DNA of 64,000 bases from contig CM120640.1 in NCBI GenBank assembly GCA_051362555.1, positions 10,664,001-10,728,000 of the forward strand, in the 5' to 3' direction. A program made the position numbers and the translations under genes. The notes below the pieces were generated by a model, which saw nothing but the letters and a program-made list of their open reading frames with translations, made no database searches and had not been told where the DNA came from. Source of the stretch: Lingula anatina (lineage: Eukaryota > Animalia > Brachiopoda). Positions 50,901-63,981 of this stretch are shown here, one piece after another; within the stretch, counting starts at the first letter, position 1, and each line of letters opens with the position of its first letter.

Positions 50901-53900
50901 TCTTACAGCAGCTTTAGACAAAGTGTCAAATTATCCCAAGCTACACATGACTTTAACTTGCATTAGGTAAATAGAGCTTAACAGTAAATTGTATTTTCAA
51001 ACAAATTATGGTATTTACCAAACTCTTATGGTTGAGGAATAAGTTAATTACTTTTTTAAGAAATCATAGACTTGCCCTTCATGGCTTCAAGAAATCAATG
51101 GAAAATAGCTCTTTTTCAAATTTGAATGGGCACTGTAGAAAACTTATGGTAGCTAAAGCTCTCAAATTACACACATAGGTGTGATATTATGTGAAGAATA
51201 AGTGTTGTAAATTTCAATCCAAGCGGTTGCGTATATTTTGAGATGAAACGCTTTAAATGTTCAGCAAGCCGTAATGCTAATTCTTTCTAGATCTCGACGA
51301 AAACCGGAAGTGCATCGTGACGTCACTCACTTGTACTTGGAAAGCTGCTGGGTGATTTTCGGATGAGAAATATTTCGTAGCTTATACAAATGTTCAGAAA
51401 ATGAGAATGCAGATAAAAGAAAATTCACTAATCATCCTCACACAAATCACACGCCACGTGTTTTGTGTGCATCAATTATGACCAATCAGCTGGCAGATAG
51501 TAAATGCTGTGTGCCTACTATATACTGTGTTCCTATTGAAAATGGCTGCCCCCATCGTTTTTTAGTGAGTGAAGAATGATAATGGCTTCTTTAATTTTTT
51601 TTTATTTTGGATAAGATTACAAAGTTTGAGAAATAAAATATTTTGTTAGAAAGTTTCACTAGGTGAGTCAGAAATTATTGCCGGCCAATTTGGGCCGACA
51701 TTCACTAAAATTTTAAGAATATTGTTGGCCCGACTCCCTGATTGGTGGGTCAAGGGCCGGCGGCCGGCAATTTTCAGCATGTCTGTAAATATCTCCCAAA
51801 CCGAAGGAGTTATGGAAAAAATTTCTACAGATGGCTAACTGAAAGACATATGTGGAGATTTCAATTGTGCCCTTGGATTTGACCTTTGACCTTTATTTCA
51901 AAGTCGAACAGGCCAAAATTTATAAAAGTGGGAATTTTTTGCAAATAAATTTTTATTTCTGTGGATTTTCAGAAACTACACAGACCTATAATATTATGGG
52001 GAGGTATTACCCTAGGGTCAATCGGTGCATTTTCACGGGAGTAGCGGTCATTAGATGCCAAAACTGAAGACTCTCTTATTCTGGAGTCGTTAATGCTAGA
52101 GACCTCTTGTTTTTTGCATTTTGTAGAGGTTGTCAAGTGCAATACTGGAGGTGGTGTCTGTTTTCTGTTTTCCATACAGTTTATAAGTTGCGCTAAATAA
52201 AAAAGTACAACTTAGTGGTGAAAATAAAATGTGCAATACGGTAATATGTAAAAAATTTTGAACATCTGGAAAAGATAACATAAGGCAGCACACGAACAAT
52301 ACGTGGTGCCTCAATTTGAAACCATACAACTTTTGTGTTTTTAATCTCCAAATACTTAAAAAAATCAATAAAGCTAATAAATAGGCCCTCGACAAAAACT
52401 TTTTATATCGTATCTTTTATATTAATTATTATTACATATCACAATAATAAACGAGTCGCCTTTTGATGTACACCCAGCTATAACCTCTGTTAAAAAATAT
52501 CCATTTTTACGAGATTACAAATTGTATCGTATTGTTTGCTTCCATTGCCTCGCTTTCAAAAATTAGAACACGTGCTCCAAAATCGTAAGACAAAGTTAAA
52601 ATTTTGATATTGGCCGAGTTTGCCCCAGACTAGAATATCCTCAGAGCAGAGCTTTGTATTTTGCAATATAATTTTCAATCTGCCTGATGAAGAATTTTAT
52701 TAATCAAGAGTGGGGGAGGGGTGGAAAATCCCCTTGGGGCCACATATAACACTATAAATGGGAAGGCAATCCCCCTTACAATGACGGCAAAATGAATTTT
52801 AAAAAAAGGAAAGTCCGATGGATTTGCTTTTTAAAACATACAATCAACGGAATATTTCTAATATAATTTCTCAAAACAACACCAGAAAGCAAATTAAATC
52901 AAATCATCTAGATGGTAAACACTGGCAGGCTTTGTCAATTTCACCATTTGTTTATTTCAAACAGCATACTTTTCGTGCATGTGCAGTAGTTTGAGACCTG
53001 TGCTACATAAGGCTTGGTGAGGGACAGGCAACTTCTAGTCATATTGACAGATTTTCATGAAAATTGAACATCTGGAATTTTTGAGCACCTCCCATTTCAT
53101 GAATTTCAACCAAAATGATCTTTTCCTTATTTCTTCTGTACGGAATTCATGGCACATTACTCCAAAATTAGCAAAGGTACACCCATTTTAGTCTCTCCAA
53201 AACAGGCTGAGTTAGGACAATACGGTAATGTGCCAAGCATTTCGACGGGCCCAGTCAATCCGACGAAAAAAATTATATTATAAAATTAATTTTTCTGGGC
53301 TCAAACATTTAGTCCATACGTCAAAATCATGCGACAGAATTTTTTTCTTGTTCCGAATGTTTGACCACATCATCGGCAAGACTCGGTAGATTTTCAAGCC
53401 AGTGAAATAGATGCTGCATGTCTCGGCCCTTTGTCAATTGTTGTCCTTTCAAAAGCTTTTGTCAATGAGGAAGAAACAATTAATTGAAGATCTAATCTGG
53501 AAGCGAGACGTACCTGTCATTTCCTTTGTCCCCGATGACAATAATAGTGCTTATAGACATACAATTTGTGCTAATTTAGCAGACTTGCCCTCGCTGACTG
53601 ATTTGTCACGCCCGTAACTGGGGGGGGGGGGGGGGGGATGTCTGTTCTGGATGAAACCAAATGTCGACAGTGGGTAGGATATGTAGTAAACATCTTTATA
53701 TGGACCATACATAGCGTATGCTAGCAATAAAATTTTTGGGAATAATAAGCAATTTGTTTTCAAGTTTGATTGAAATATATATGCAGGGGAAACGTTCTTG
53801 AAGTCAATGCCGCGATATTCTACATTTACTACAGTCGACTGAAAGATCAGTGAGATCGACCGCCTAGACTTCTTGGTGCCAAATACCATGCTCTGTCAAA

Positions 53901-56900
53901 ATCTGACGAACCCGTGTAGCTATTCACCGACATGGATAACTGTTTTGTCAACAATAAAAATGACGTCTTCGTTATTAGAAAAAAAAACAGTAACTTATAT
54001 GACGGTGAAAATTGGAGCTTCACAGAGAGTTCCACTGGGTATTTACGTTACCTGTGAGTCACTTTTTACCCCCAGATGCATGAAACGTTGATATTATTTA
54101 GCATAATCTGTGAAGAACTCCATTCCTGTGACCCCCCTCCCCCACAATGGGACCGTCTTCATTAACATGTGGTTTGCAATAGGTGTGCTGGAGCAGACCA
54201 GATAAGACCAGTCTTTCATTTCTGCGTTTGCTCAATTCTCACGTCAAATTATAAATGCATCTGTTTTGTGTAAATCATGGCAATTAAATGCTTATTTTAC
54301 GTTCGGATTGTATCAGTGGGGTTTTCAATATGCACTGTGGCTTGTGCACAGCTAGTGTATATATGTAAGAAAATCGGAAGAGTGCCAACAAGATATGTCT
54401 ATCGGCACAGGTAGGCTCCGTAGATTGCCTTTTCTCAATGTTTTAATATGACATGGTTTTTAAATTAAATACTGAAAAGTAATTTAAAGTTACACTGAAT
54501 TCCGTTTGAGTACAACTTGGTATTTTTTTGATAGGGGCGATTGAATTTTCTTCGGAAATGCATACATCTACGCTGAACAAGCCTTGCAAGTTGAAAACAA
54601 CTGATCTCAGACTGGTAAAAAAATATCTCAATTTGGTTGATTTCAGTTGACATATTAAATTTCAAATAGGGCGTACGTAGATCACATAACTGGTTTAAGT
54701 CCACTAAAGCTACCGGTTTCAAATATATGTGACCGGGCATTGTTTATAACACCTGTCTCCGGGGGAAATACGCCCCACTTGTGAAGCGCGTCATGAAAGT
54801 GATCGTCGGTGAGGGAAATAAATAGATAGAAATTATGAACTGTCATCTGTTTGAATCTCAAGTTATGTTAGCACATATTGTACACAGCAAAATAAAATTT
54901 CTAAAGGAGGATAGAACTTGCTTGAAACACGTGTTAGGTGAAAATTGCGGCTTAACTTGCGTTACACTTCCGGTAAAGTGCAATACTTCCAATAAGATGG
55001 ACGCTTTGGCAGATGCCCCTAACAATCCGACGATATCAAAGATTTCCATTTACTGTATTTTAATCAATTCGACCAAACTGACATTTCCATGAAATTAATT
55101 AATTAATCTTGGTCGAATTGTTTGGCATATTACCGTAGTTGCAATGGAACTTCTGGCAACCTAACTGTGACCTTGAAATTGACCTTTGACCTACTTTTCA
55201 CCACAGATGCAACATTTTAGTCTCTTAAATCTCCAAAACTGGCAGAGATAGGCCCATAGTTACCATTGAACTTGAACAGAAAGCCATATACTGGCAATTT
55301 AACTGTGACCTTGAAATTGACCTTTGACCTACTGTTCACCGTGAACTGAACTTTTTATCCTTTATACCTTCAAAACTCGCAAAGAAAGGCCCATAGTTAG
55401 GATTCCCCATAGGGGAATACTATTGTTTTTCCTGTTCTTCTTCTTCTTCTTCTTCTTATTATTATTCTTCGTCAAAAAATTTCTTTCTAAAATTCTGAAA
55501 AAATTCATACTGAAAAAATTCATACTGATAGCCTATGAAAAGTTATTCCGGTCCACCCAATTTTTTTTTACCTTGACCTAATTTTCAAGGTCACAGAGCC
55601 TTTTAAACTGAAAATTTTGCAAATTTCAAAATGCAATATCTCCTAGAATTTTCAACGTTTTGACAAATCCTTACTTAGGTGAGATCACACAATGACCCAA
55701 TTTTAGGAAAAGTAGGTCAGGTCAAGGTCAACTTATTGCAAAATATGCTCTAAGTAGTTGACACTCGGCAGGGGGTAAACCAGATGTCATAGAGCCACAA
55801 GGATGATGTAAAAAGTTGCCCTAGATATCTATCCAGTGCAGTCACTAATAATATTGACTATTGATTAATTAGATTTTTTAATATAGATTTTTGAATATTA
55901 ATAATTTCACAGAAATAGTGACTTTGTCAATTTCTCCATGCAATCGTGATTTTTTGTGATAACATGCCTTAGTAAACTACCCCAAACATATACCCAACAC
56001 CCCCAAATCAAATGTCACATTTGACCTTGACCCTCATTTTCAAGGTCTATCGGCTATTTGATAGAGAAATATTGAAGTGGGCTAAAAGTGATGTTTTGTT
56101 GACCCCCCCTCCCAATTCGCACATGCTCTTTCAGAATATGGGGTCAAATTTAACCCCTGACCTTCACATGACCTTGTAAGAGCATTTCCACACCTATTTT
56201 GCAGGGGAATCCTCCGCCACTGGCTTTAGCCAGTTGCAGTCTAGTTACTATTGAACTTGAACAGGAAGATATATACTGGCTTTAGCCAGTTGCAGTCTAG
56301 TTACTATTGAACTTGAACAGGAAGATATATACTGGCAATTTAACTGTGACCTTGAAATTGACCTTTGTCCTACTTTTCGCTATGAACTGAACTTTGCAAT
56401 GTTTCCATCCCTTATATCTCCAAAACTGGCAGAGATATGCCCATAGTTACTATTGAACTTGAATAGGAAGTCATATACTGAAAATCTGTGACCTTAAAAT
56501 TGACCTCTAACCTACTTTTCACTATGAACTGAATTTTTCTATCCCTTATATTTCCAAAATTTGCAGAGATAGGCCTGTAATTACTAATAACTTGAATAGG
56601 AAGTCATATACTGGCAATCAGTGATCTTGAAATTGACCTTTGACCTACTTTGCACCATGAACCCACTTCACATATTTGGATTTAAACTTTATTTTCCCCA
56701 TGATTTTGTTTTAAACGGCAATTTTTGAAAAACAAATTGAGAACTCTTGTTTACTGCATTTTGTAGAGCTTGTCAAGCACAACACTGGAAGTGGTGCCCC
56801 CCCCCCCCCCCCCCTTTTTTTTTTTTATCCCCGCCCTTTGGGACAAAAGATCATGTTATCCTGCCCGTCTGTGCGTCCGTGTTAGTAATTTCCGCTATCT

Positions 56901-59900
56901 CCTCCTAGACTATTGCAGGTAGGAAGTTGAAACTTCGGGAATTGGTAGACCCATAATCAGGGATGTGCATGGGCACATTGGAATTTTAGTGCAACAGGAG
57001 GTTGGGCTTAAATCTCCTCCTAGACCATTGCATGTAGGAAGTTGAAACTTTGGGAATTGGCAGACCCATAATCAGGGATGTGCATGGGCACATTGGAATT
57101 TTAGTGCAACAGGAGGTTGGGCTGTCCCTGGAGATGGTTGATCCAAATTTCTTGTGACAATTTCTGCCATCTGCCCTGGACCATTAGAGTTAGGAAGTTG
57201 AAACTTTAGTGATTTGTATACCCATCATCAGGGAGGTGCATGGGCACTTAAGAATTTTAGTGCAACAGAGGGTTGGGCTGTACCCTGGGAGGTGGTTGAT
57301 TCTAAATTCTTATGGCATTGTAATTTCTGCTATCTGCTCCTAGACCATTGCAGGTAGGAAGTTGAAACTTGGGGAATTGGTAGACCCATCTTCAGGGATG
57401 TGCATGGGCACTTTGGAATTTTAGTGCCACGGGGTGTTGGGCTGTCCCCGGGGGGTGGTTGATTCTAAATTCTTATGACATTGTAATTTCTGCTATCTCC
57501 TATTTTTTTTTTTTTTTATATACTTTTATACTTTTCTGTTCTCTTTTCTGTTTCTTAGCGTATAAATATATGTACCAGTGTACATTCATGTATTTTTATA
57601 TTTATAAAGATTTTTATGTACAGACACAGATGTGTCTGTACATATAGCCGTCATCTGCGTCTGTCGTTGCCGTCGCCGTACACTTTTACCGATAACACAA
57701 TAAGTGGAAAGCCATTTTACCTTTTGGCTTGAAACTTACAGAACTGATGAATATTCATAATACGCAGGTCAAGTTCGAAAATCAGCACGATCGGGTCACT
57801 TATAGGGAATTTATGCTGTTTTTTCACTTTTTTCAGTATATATATGCAACACTGATAACACAATATAAGAAAAACAGATTGGCCAATTGTCATTATACTC
57901 ACAGGAGGGGCCAATCTTACTAAAACACAGGTTGAGTTTGAAAATCAGCATAATCAGTCCATTATTTTAGAAGTTATGCTGTTTTTTCACATTTCCTCAC
58001 ATTCAATTCTTAGGCATGTTAACAGTCTCATTATTGAACTAATAAGATACGTAAAAGTGTTTGTTTGACATTTCCTACATCTTTACAACATTGTTAGTTG
58101 ATTTTGTAAAAATGATGGTCAATTTGTTATCATGTATTGTGTAATAAAGTGTCAAAAATGGAAATAAACTCATATCATTACAGTTGGTCAGATGCATTCA
58201 TCCACTATGTTCAGAATCTCAGAATGGAGGAAGTTGGACATTTAACACTGTTCTATTGATACTTTTCCCATCTCATCAATTTTCTTCATTGGTCATATAA
58301 AAATGGCAGTAAACTGTTTATTTTGTTTTATGTTAAAAAAGTGTTAAAAATGGAAATAAACCCATTTCAGAACAGTGCTGTCTTGTTTACATTTTGGCAT
58401 TTTCAATATGTGACTTTGAAGTTCCATGGGCCTGAAGACTTTTGCTAGTTACATTTTCTGAATAACCATGATACTAATATTTTATAATTAAAAATTGATG
58501 GTCATTATGCTGTAAAACATTATGTAATATTGCATCAAAATTTGAAGAAACCCCTATTTTGGGCACTGCTCCCATGATGACCATTTAAGGAAAATCATGT
58601 CACTTACTGTTCTCAAACTTACAGGAAAGAAACATGGGACTAAAATACAGCTTCAGTAGGCAATGCAGTCTGTTTGGTAAATTTTTCTGGCAGTTCAACA
58701 GTTTTTTGTAAAAATTTAATTTTTCACATATTGGCATTTTCAAGGTGTGATTTAGAACCTCCACGGGCTTGAAGACCCATGCTAGTCACATTTTGTGAAA
58801 ATCCATGATACATTTATTTTATTATTAAAAATCGATGATCATTATGTAATGTTGCATCAAAATAGAGGAAAACACAATTTTTGGTGCTGCTGCCATGATG
58901 ACCATTATGGGAAAACCGTGTTTCTTATGACTGTCAAACTTTCAAAAAAGAAACACAGGACTAAAATGCAGCCTGAGTTGGAAAAGCAGTCTAATTGGCT
59001 TCTTTTTCGTGAAGTTATACATTTTAGTGAAATATTCATTATTATCATTTTGGCGTATTCATTGTGGGACTCGGAGCTCCCGTGGACATGAAGCCAAATG
59101 GTAATCAAATTTTCTACATGTCCAGGCTATTAATAGTCAATAATCAAAAATTGGTGATAATTATTCTGTAATTTATTATGTAATGTTATATCAAAATTGA
59201 CAAAAATCTTTTTGCACTGCTACTACAAACATTATGAAAAGAAAACTGTGTTACTTATAATTATTTTTAACTTTGAAGTATGATTTTTAGGATTGGCATG
59301 CAGTTCAAATTAGAAAGCCAGCTCAATTTGGTTATCATTTATTATTGAATTTATGCAATTTTGTGTGAAATTTTCATTTTTTCTTATTCTGGCATTTTCA
59401 AAGTATGAACTTGAACTCCCATCGATCTGAAGCCTTATGCTTGTTACACATTTTAATTACATTGGTATTACCTGTTGAGCATAATTAAAATTTGATGTTG
59501 AATTTGCAGTTAAGCATAATTTACTTTTGCATCAGAATTGACAGTAGCCTATGTTGTGCATGTTATTTTCTGCTTTTTGTCTGTACATGTGACAGCTTTG
59601 CTGCCTTGTTTTACATTTATATTTTTTAAATACCTTTGGATGAAGCAGTTATGTGTGTGCGTACATGTGTGTGTATGTGCACATGTGGTAAGTGGTCCCT
59701 AGGGGTGAGCTGCTCTTGATAATGTGGGGAAGTGCGGGGATATGCAGTGGCTACCCATTGACACCATCTAGTTTTTTATTTCCATATGAATGCGTTTACT
59801 CCAGCTGGTGATACAAAATAGAGAGGCGGTATTGCCTCTCTGATCCTCTAGTTCTGTATAACTTCTTTTTATGTCTTTTATATCAGTATCTTGGGGAGCA

Positions 59901-62900
59901 AGCTGTACAAAATGAATTCCCTGATGCAGTTATTGTCAGACCATCAACATTGTTTGGGATATGTGATAACTTTATAAACTTCTACTCTGCCAATGGTATG
60001 TATTCACTACTTCACAATAACATATAATGTGATTATATAAATTGATGCAAAAAATGTCAACCTGTAAGACAGATATACTGTTATTATCATAAAGATTAAT
60101 GTTTTAGGAGCATGTATGTAAAAATTATAGAATTGGTCATGTATAATTACTTCTACCCAGATGATCTGTGTGTTATTAAATGTGTGATTTATTTATCATA
60201 ATAGGCAGAAAAGGAAGATGTGTTTTGGGTACATATACAGTATATATGTGGAAGAAAGGATTGGAGGCTATCAAGAGACCCCTCTTTGTAAGGGTCATCA
60301 TTTTGTTTCCCAAATCATAAAAAAGTTAAACATATATGAATCAAAGTACTTTGTTTGTTAAGGTAGAAAAATATCCAGGGCTCAGCAGCCCTATTGTTGA
60401 AACTCCAATCAGTCATTTGTGGTAGTTTTAAAGACTGTACATATAGCAGTTTGCTTAAATAGCAGTTCTAAGTTCCATTAATATTGCATATGTGCTTCAG
60501 GTGAGCGATCTGCTAGATGCTGTAGAGGTTTTAATGAGAGACAAATCTGCTAGAGGAAAGACATATGAGTTTTATGGGTATGTAGGAATTAACATTAACA
60601 CATAACTTATCAGTGGTAAAACTGGTACTTGCTTTTCACATAAGTATCTTACATTCCATTCTCTTCATTGATTTTGAAAGGTCTTCCCCATTAATTGAAT
60701 GTTACTTTACATTAATGTTCTCTTGCATTTTTTTTTTAAATTAATTTTCACTGTTTCTTCATTTTAGTCCTCACGCATACTTACTTCATGATTTAGTGGA
60801 GTATATTTCCAACATTCAGAGGACCACATTAAAAATTGAACATGGCCTGTTGTGGAGAAGATCTTTTACTGGGTAATTAAATAGCTGAAAGATAACAAAT
60901 GTGTGTCTTGCATGAGAGTTCTTTGTCCAGTACTAGCAAAAATAAAAATAAAGCATTAATGTTATCTAACCAGAATAATTGCTTGAATCATACGAGGATT
61001 CAGATTGAATATATTTGGTTCCCACTGTATTGCAAAGCATTAAGAAGTTAATTCAAATGATTTGCAAGTCGTGTTAAACCATGGACTTATATCGTAGATG
61101 GAAAGGAAAAGGGGTGGGGTGGGGGGTGGCTATGTGACATTTTCGAGCAATATCACTGGTCTTTATCAATACATAGCTGATAACAAAAGAACCTGAAATT
61201 TGTTGAGGCCACGTGATTTAACAGAGACAAGCCATAGCCAAGCATAGCATACCTGACCATAAGACATGAGTTGCCTTATAGACACAGATTTTTCGTGGAC
61301 ACAAATGTGTACAACTTCTACTGGAAATTATACCCTACCAGTACATCATGATCCATTATGCTGAGATTCAAGATTGCATGCAAGATGGAAAATGTCATCA
61401 GTTTGTGAGTAAGGTAAAGTTTACATATTTTATCATACAGAAACCTGTTAGAGCCTGTTGCCAGAAACAAGTCACAGTTACCGCTTCTTCTTGTAGACCA
61501 CAAGGGCTTGTGTCACCATCTCTTGGATTTAGGTCACAAAAAATCTCAACTTTAACCCCTACCCCCACCCCCCCTTTTTTTGTTTCAGTTGATGCATTGG
61601 CCTGGGTGAGATGTTCTTTGAAAGTCATATGTGGAGATTCCAAATATGCCATTGGATTTGACCTTTGACCTTATTTCAAGGTCAAATCATAATGTGCCAA
61701 AATTGTCTAAAAATGGGAAATTTTTGTAAAAACATACTTGTTTGTGCCAATTTTCAGAAACTACACAAACCTAAGCTCTCAAATTATAGTGAGGGGTTAC
61801 AACTCGCAACTAGGGACTAGGAAGTGGTGTTTGTTTTTTTGTTCTCCATATGGTTTCATAGTGACACTATATCAAAAAAACAACATTGTGAAATTCAGTG
61901 GTGATAACAAAAATGTGAAATAATCCAAAAATAGTAGAGATACACCAAAAGTTTCTGTAGAACTTGAATAGGTAGTCATGTACTGGCAATCTAACTGTAA
62001 CCTTGAATTTGACCTTTGACCTACTTTTAACTGAACTGTACTTTTAAAGACTTGTGAAGATTCTTTTGTCTATAGCTACTTATATATGTCTGGTCTTACC
62101 AGTCAATATTTCATCTGCTTACAGTCAGACTTCATCAGGGAATGAGGTTGTGATAGGTGTGACAACCTATCACCCCCTCTGGTGTGCTATTTGGCCAGAC
62201 CCCCCCCCCCCCCCCTCCTCTTGCCTGCCCCTCCGTTAGGAGTGAGAGGTAGAGGTTGAGTAGCTCGGTCTCATCATTCCGATTCAGCTTGGTCCCATGT
62301 AAGCAGATGCTGATTGCTTCAAGAACTTTATGGTGTAGGTCCCGTGGCTCTCTTTCAAAGATTTTTATGTCTTCTAGGTCTTCTGATGAAGTCTGACTGC
62401 AAGCAGACAAAATATTGGATGGTAAGACTTATTACAATAACATAGCTTATGAAATTGTTCTACACTGCAGTTTTCCAGCCCTTGTATCTCCAAAACTGGC
62501 AGAGATAAGCCCATAGTTACTATTGAACTTGAATAGGAAGTCACATTTTGGCAATCTAACCGTAGCCTTGAAATTGACCATTGACCTATTTTCACCATGA
62601 ACTGAACTTTGCACATTTTCTGGTACTTATATCTCTGACACAATCAGAGATTTGCCCATAGGTTCTATTAAACTTGAAAAGAAGGTCATATTCTGGCAAA
62701 CTAACTGTGACCTTGAAATTGATCTTTGACCTACTTTTCATGATAAACTTAACTTTGCAAATTTTCTGGCCCTTGTATCCCCAAAACTGGCCGAGAAATG
62801 CCCATAGTTACTATTGAACTTGAATAGGAAGTCATATACCAGCAATCTAATTGTGACCTTTAAATTGACTTTTGACCTACTTTTCACCCTGAACTGCACC

Positions 62901-63248
62901 TATACAAATTTCCAGGCACCTATATTTACTATTGAACTTGGATTGGAAATCCTAAATTTAGGATCTTACTGCAACCTTGGATTTGACCTTTTACTTTTCC
63001 CCACAATTTTGTTGTAAATTGTAATTTTCTACAGAAAAATTGAGAGTTCTTGACTGCATTTTTGATTGCAAAGCCAAAATTGACACTGGAGGTGGTATCC
63101 CTTTTTTTTTTCCATATAAATGCATTTACTCATCGCATCTCTGATCCTCTAGCTATCATTTCATTTTAGGCTAAAGTTTATCATTCAGGTGGATGAAATG
63201 CCAGTAAATGCCATACTTTCTGATGTAACAGTTCATGGAGATATTGAA
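34105..63248 (+). CDS. NDUFA9: NADH dehydrogenase (ubiquinone) 1 alpha subcomplex subunit 9, 39 kDa SDR-fold subunit; 3' end incomplete
   Basis: Exons 34105-34144, 34364-34531 (KRGVGGRSSFSGTVATVFGASGNVG), 36090-36187 (GSQVIVPYRG..GDLGQILF), 49265-49356 (KYSNMVVNLIG), 49714-49915, 59887-59995 (GEQAVQNEFPDAVIVRPS), 60205-60287, 60501-60577 (GKTYEFYG) and 60768-60872, plus tentative 63170-63248. All are GT-AG and in phase. The terminal exon was not found in the window. Confidence 0.93.
34558..34745 (+). repeat. Dispersed repeat fragment, also at ~43838-44025
   Basis: Shared TAACAAATATATGTCACAATGCAAACTATGTG...CCCATGGGTATGAAAAT block. Confidence 0.7.
35457..35968. mobile_element. GC-rich PIF/Harbinger-type MITE in NDUFA9 intron 2
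   Basis: ~50-bp TIR AGGGGCCCGCACACGGTGAGCATT..GCGCCACTTGCGCTGCGCC, TAA TSD. Confidence 0.85.
36424..36671. mobile_element. Palindromic MITE (family E)
   Basis: Homologous along its length to 3343-3589. Confidence 0.75.
36750..43630. mobile_element. Three-level nest of family A Helentron/DINE-1-like elements
   Basis: Outer + copy 36750-37502 and 41671-43630; middle - copy 37503-38850 and 41075-41670; inner + copy 38851-41074. The host sequence rejoins seamlessly across each insertion at T runs. Confidence 0.85.
44193..48579 (+). mobile_element. Helentron/HINE-like element family B carrying a satellite array
   Basis: Sub-terminal IRs TTGTACCACCAGC (44193) and GCTGGTGGTACAA (48530), GC-rich 3' hairpin, end CTAGTT. 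It interrupts a family E MITE. The same 3' end occurs at 59853 and 63153. Confidence 0.8.
44795..48410 (+). repeat. Tandem array of ~24-25 monomers of ~145 bp with a ~920-bp higher-order repeat
   Basis: Monomer TCCAAAACTGGCAGAGATAGGTCCATAGTTACTATTGAA...TGACCTTGAAATTGACCTTTGACCTACTTT. The variant CCAAGACTGG recurs at 45731, 46654 and 47572. Confidence 0.95.
50466..51785. mobile_element. Non-autonomous DNA transposon with CAGACATGCTGAAAA TIRs
   Basis: TIRs match 28188-28549; 6-bp TSD TAAATA. Confidence 0.8.
52286..53005. mobile_element. Non-autonomous DNA transposon with 7-bp TSD (P/hAT-like)
   Basis: TSD CATAAGG on both sides, with the single-copy empty site visible in the family B copy near 44602. 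Weak TIR CAGCACA/TGTGCTA. Confidence 0.6.
53223..55135. mobile_element. Tc1/mariner-superfamily-like non-autonomous element
   Basis: TIR CGGTAATGTGCCAAGCATTTCGAC / GTCGAATTGTTTGGCATATTACCG, TA TSD. No transposase recognised. Confidence 0.75.
55398..56245 (+). mobile_element. Helentron/HINE-like element family C
   Basis: AGGATTCCCC-ATA-GGGGAAT 5' palindrome, (CTT)n/(ATT)n microsatellite, 3' GGGGAATCCT, hairpin ACTGGC-TTTA-GCCAGT, end CTAGTT. Inserted at TT within a family B monomer. Confidence 0.8.
56824..57500 (+). mobile_element. HINE-like element family D with ~120-160-bp tandem repeats (3' end not seen)
   Basis: TTTTTATCCCCGCC start, degenerate CCGT/CTGT microsatellite, four copies of TAGGAAGTTGAAACTT...TGCATGGGCAC..AATTTTAGTGC. 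Confidence 0.6.
57613..59610 (+). mobile_element. Family A Helentron/DINE-1-like element, full length (~2 kb)
   Basis: Both terminal modules present; more diverged than the other copies. Confidence 0.85.
61330..63153 (+). mobile_element. Older family B Helentron-like copy
   Basis: 61470-61690 is homologous to 50285-50420 and 51860-51900; satellite monomers at 61960-63000; 3' end CTCTGATCCTCTAG. The 5' boundary is uncertain. Confidence 0.6.
62088..62430 (-). mobile_element. Penelope-like element fragment (GIY-YIG endonuclease C-terminus with inverted pseudo-LTR)
   Basis: The peptide IKIFEREP..HKVLEAISI..LNRNDETELLNLYLSLL resembles the PLE C-terminal motif (ILDRE..R..KEAI.I..LNRD). CTGATGAAGTCTGACTG.AAGCAGA occurs in inverted orientation at ~62095-62137 and ~62383-62430. 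Confidence 0.7.
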
Positions 63249-63807
63249 GTATGTGAACTTTGAGGTCACCAGTAATCCTGCTTCTGCTGCAACTATACAC
63301 AGGCTGCTGTCTTCTGCTGCTACGTTAGACAGGTTGCTGCTATCACATATAGATACTGCATTGAATTTTAAATTGAAATATTCATCCATTGCAACTTGGT
63401 CTGCTGTCTGACATTTTAATCCTCACATGTATTATACAGTTAAAATCTCCATGAAAATCCTACAATAGTGCTACATGAACTAGCAAATGAATGAGTTACA
63501 GGATTCAAATAATATCCATAATACTCCAACAATTTACGCATATATGATATTCTGATAAAAAAAGGTATAGTAGATATATATTTCTCATTCCTGATCACTG
63601 AAAAAAATGTACTATATATGCAGTTGTCATTTTGTGTCAGCACTATTCATGATATTGAATACAAACCCATGGGATGGTCTGTTAAATATGATGATATGTA
63701 AAGAAGTCATTTCACATATCCGTCTACATCATGCAGGAGACAAGGAGAACAGCCTTACTAGTACTTGCCCATCGGCATTTACTCTCCACTGACATATTGG
63801 TACTTAT

Positions 63808-63981
63808 GGCCCCATTCAGAATAGGGGACTAACTAGTCTGAGGGTCAAATGTGGCAACCTACTACAAAGCTTGCAGTCTAATCTGCTAATAGACACTGAA
63901 TAGATTCCACATGGGGAAGTATTCAGGTGGGTCGACCATATTTGACCCTTGGACTAGTGAGTCCACTGTTCTGAATGAACC
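63808..63981. mobile_element. Palindromic MITE related to 24219-24512
   Basis: GGCCCATTCAGAATAG..ACTAGTC..AGGGTCAAAT is mirrored by ATTTGACCCT..GACTAGT..CTGTTCTGAATGAACC. Confidence 0.65.

Larger units (their letters stand above)
50201..59853 (+). mobile_element. Family B Helentron-like element expanded to ~9.6 kb by nested insertions (NDUFA9 intron 5)
   Basis: 5' TTAGCACCACTAG/GCTGGTGGTAC module, body segments homologous to 44250-44790, satellite monomers at 55140-55397 and 56245-56660, and 3' end CCAGCTGGTGATACAA..GAGAGGC..GCCTCTC..CTAGTT. Confidence 0.7.

Noticed and set aside
53411-55092. Transposase within the TA-flanked TIR element
   Set aside because: Only short unrelated ORFs on both strands; no DDE/D or HTH motif recognisable.
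63440-63800. Terminal NDUFA9 exon
   Set aside because: The candidate acceptor at 63439 leads to a stop after four codons, and no LPGLEDLG-like sequence is seen. The last exon is probably beyond the window.
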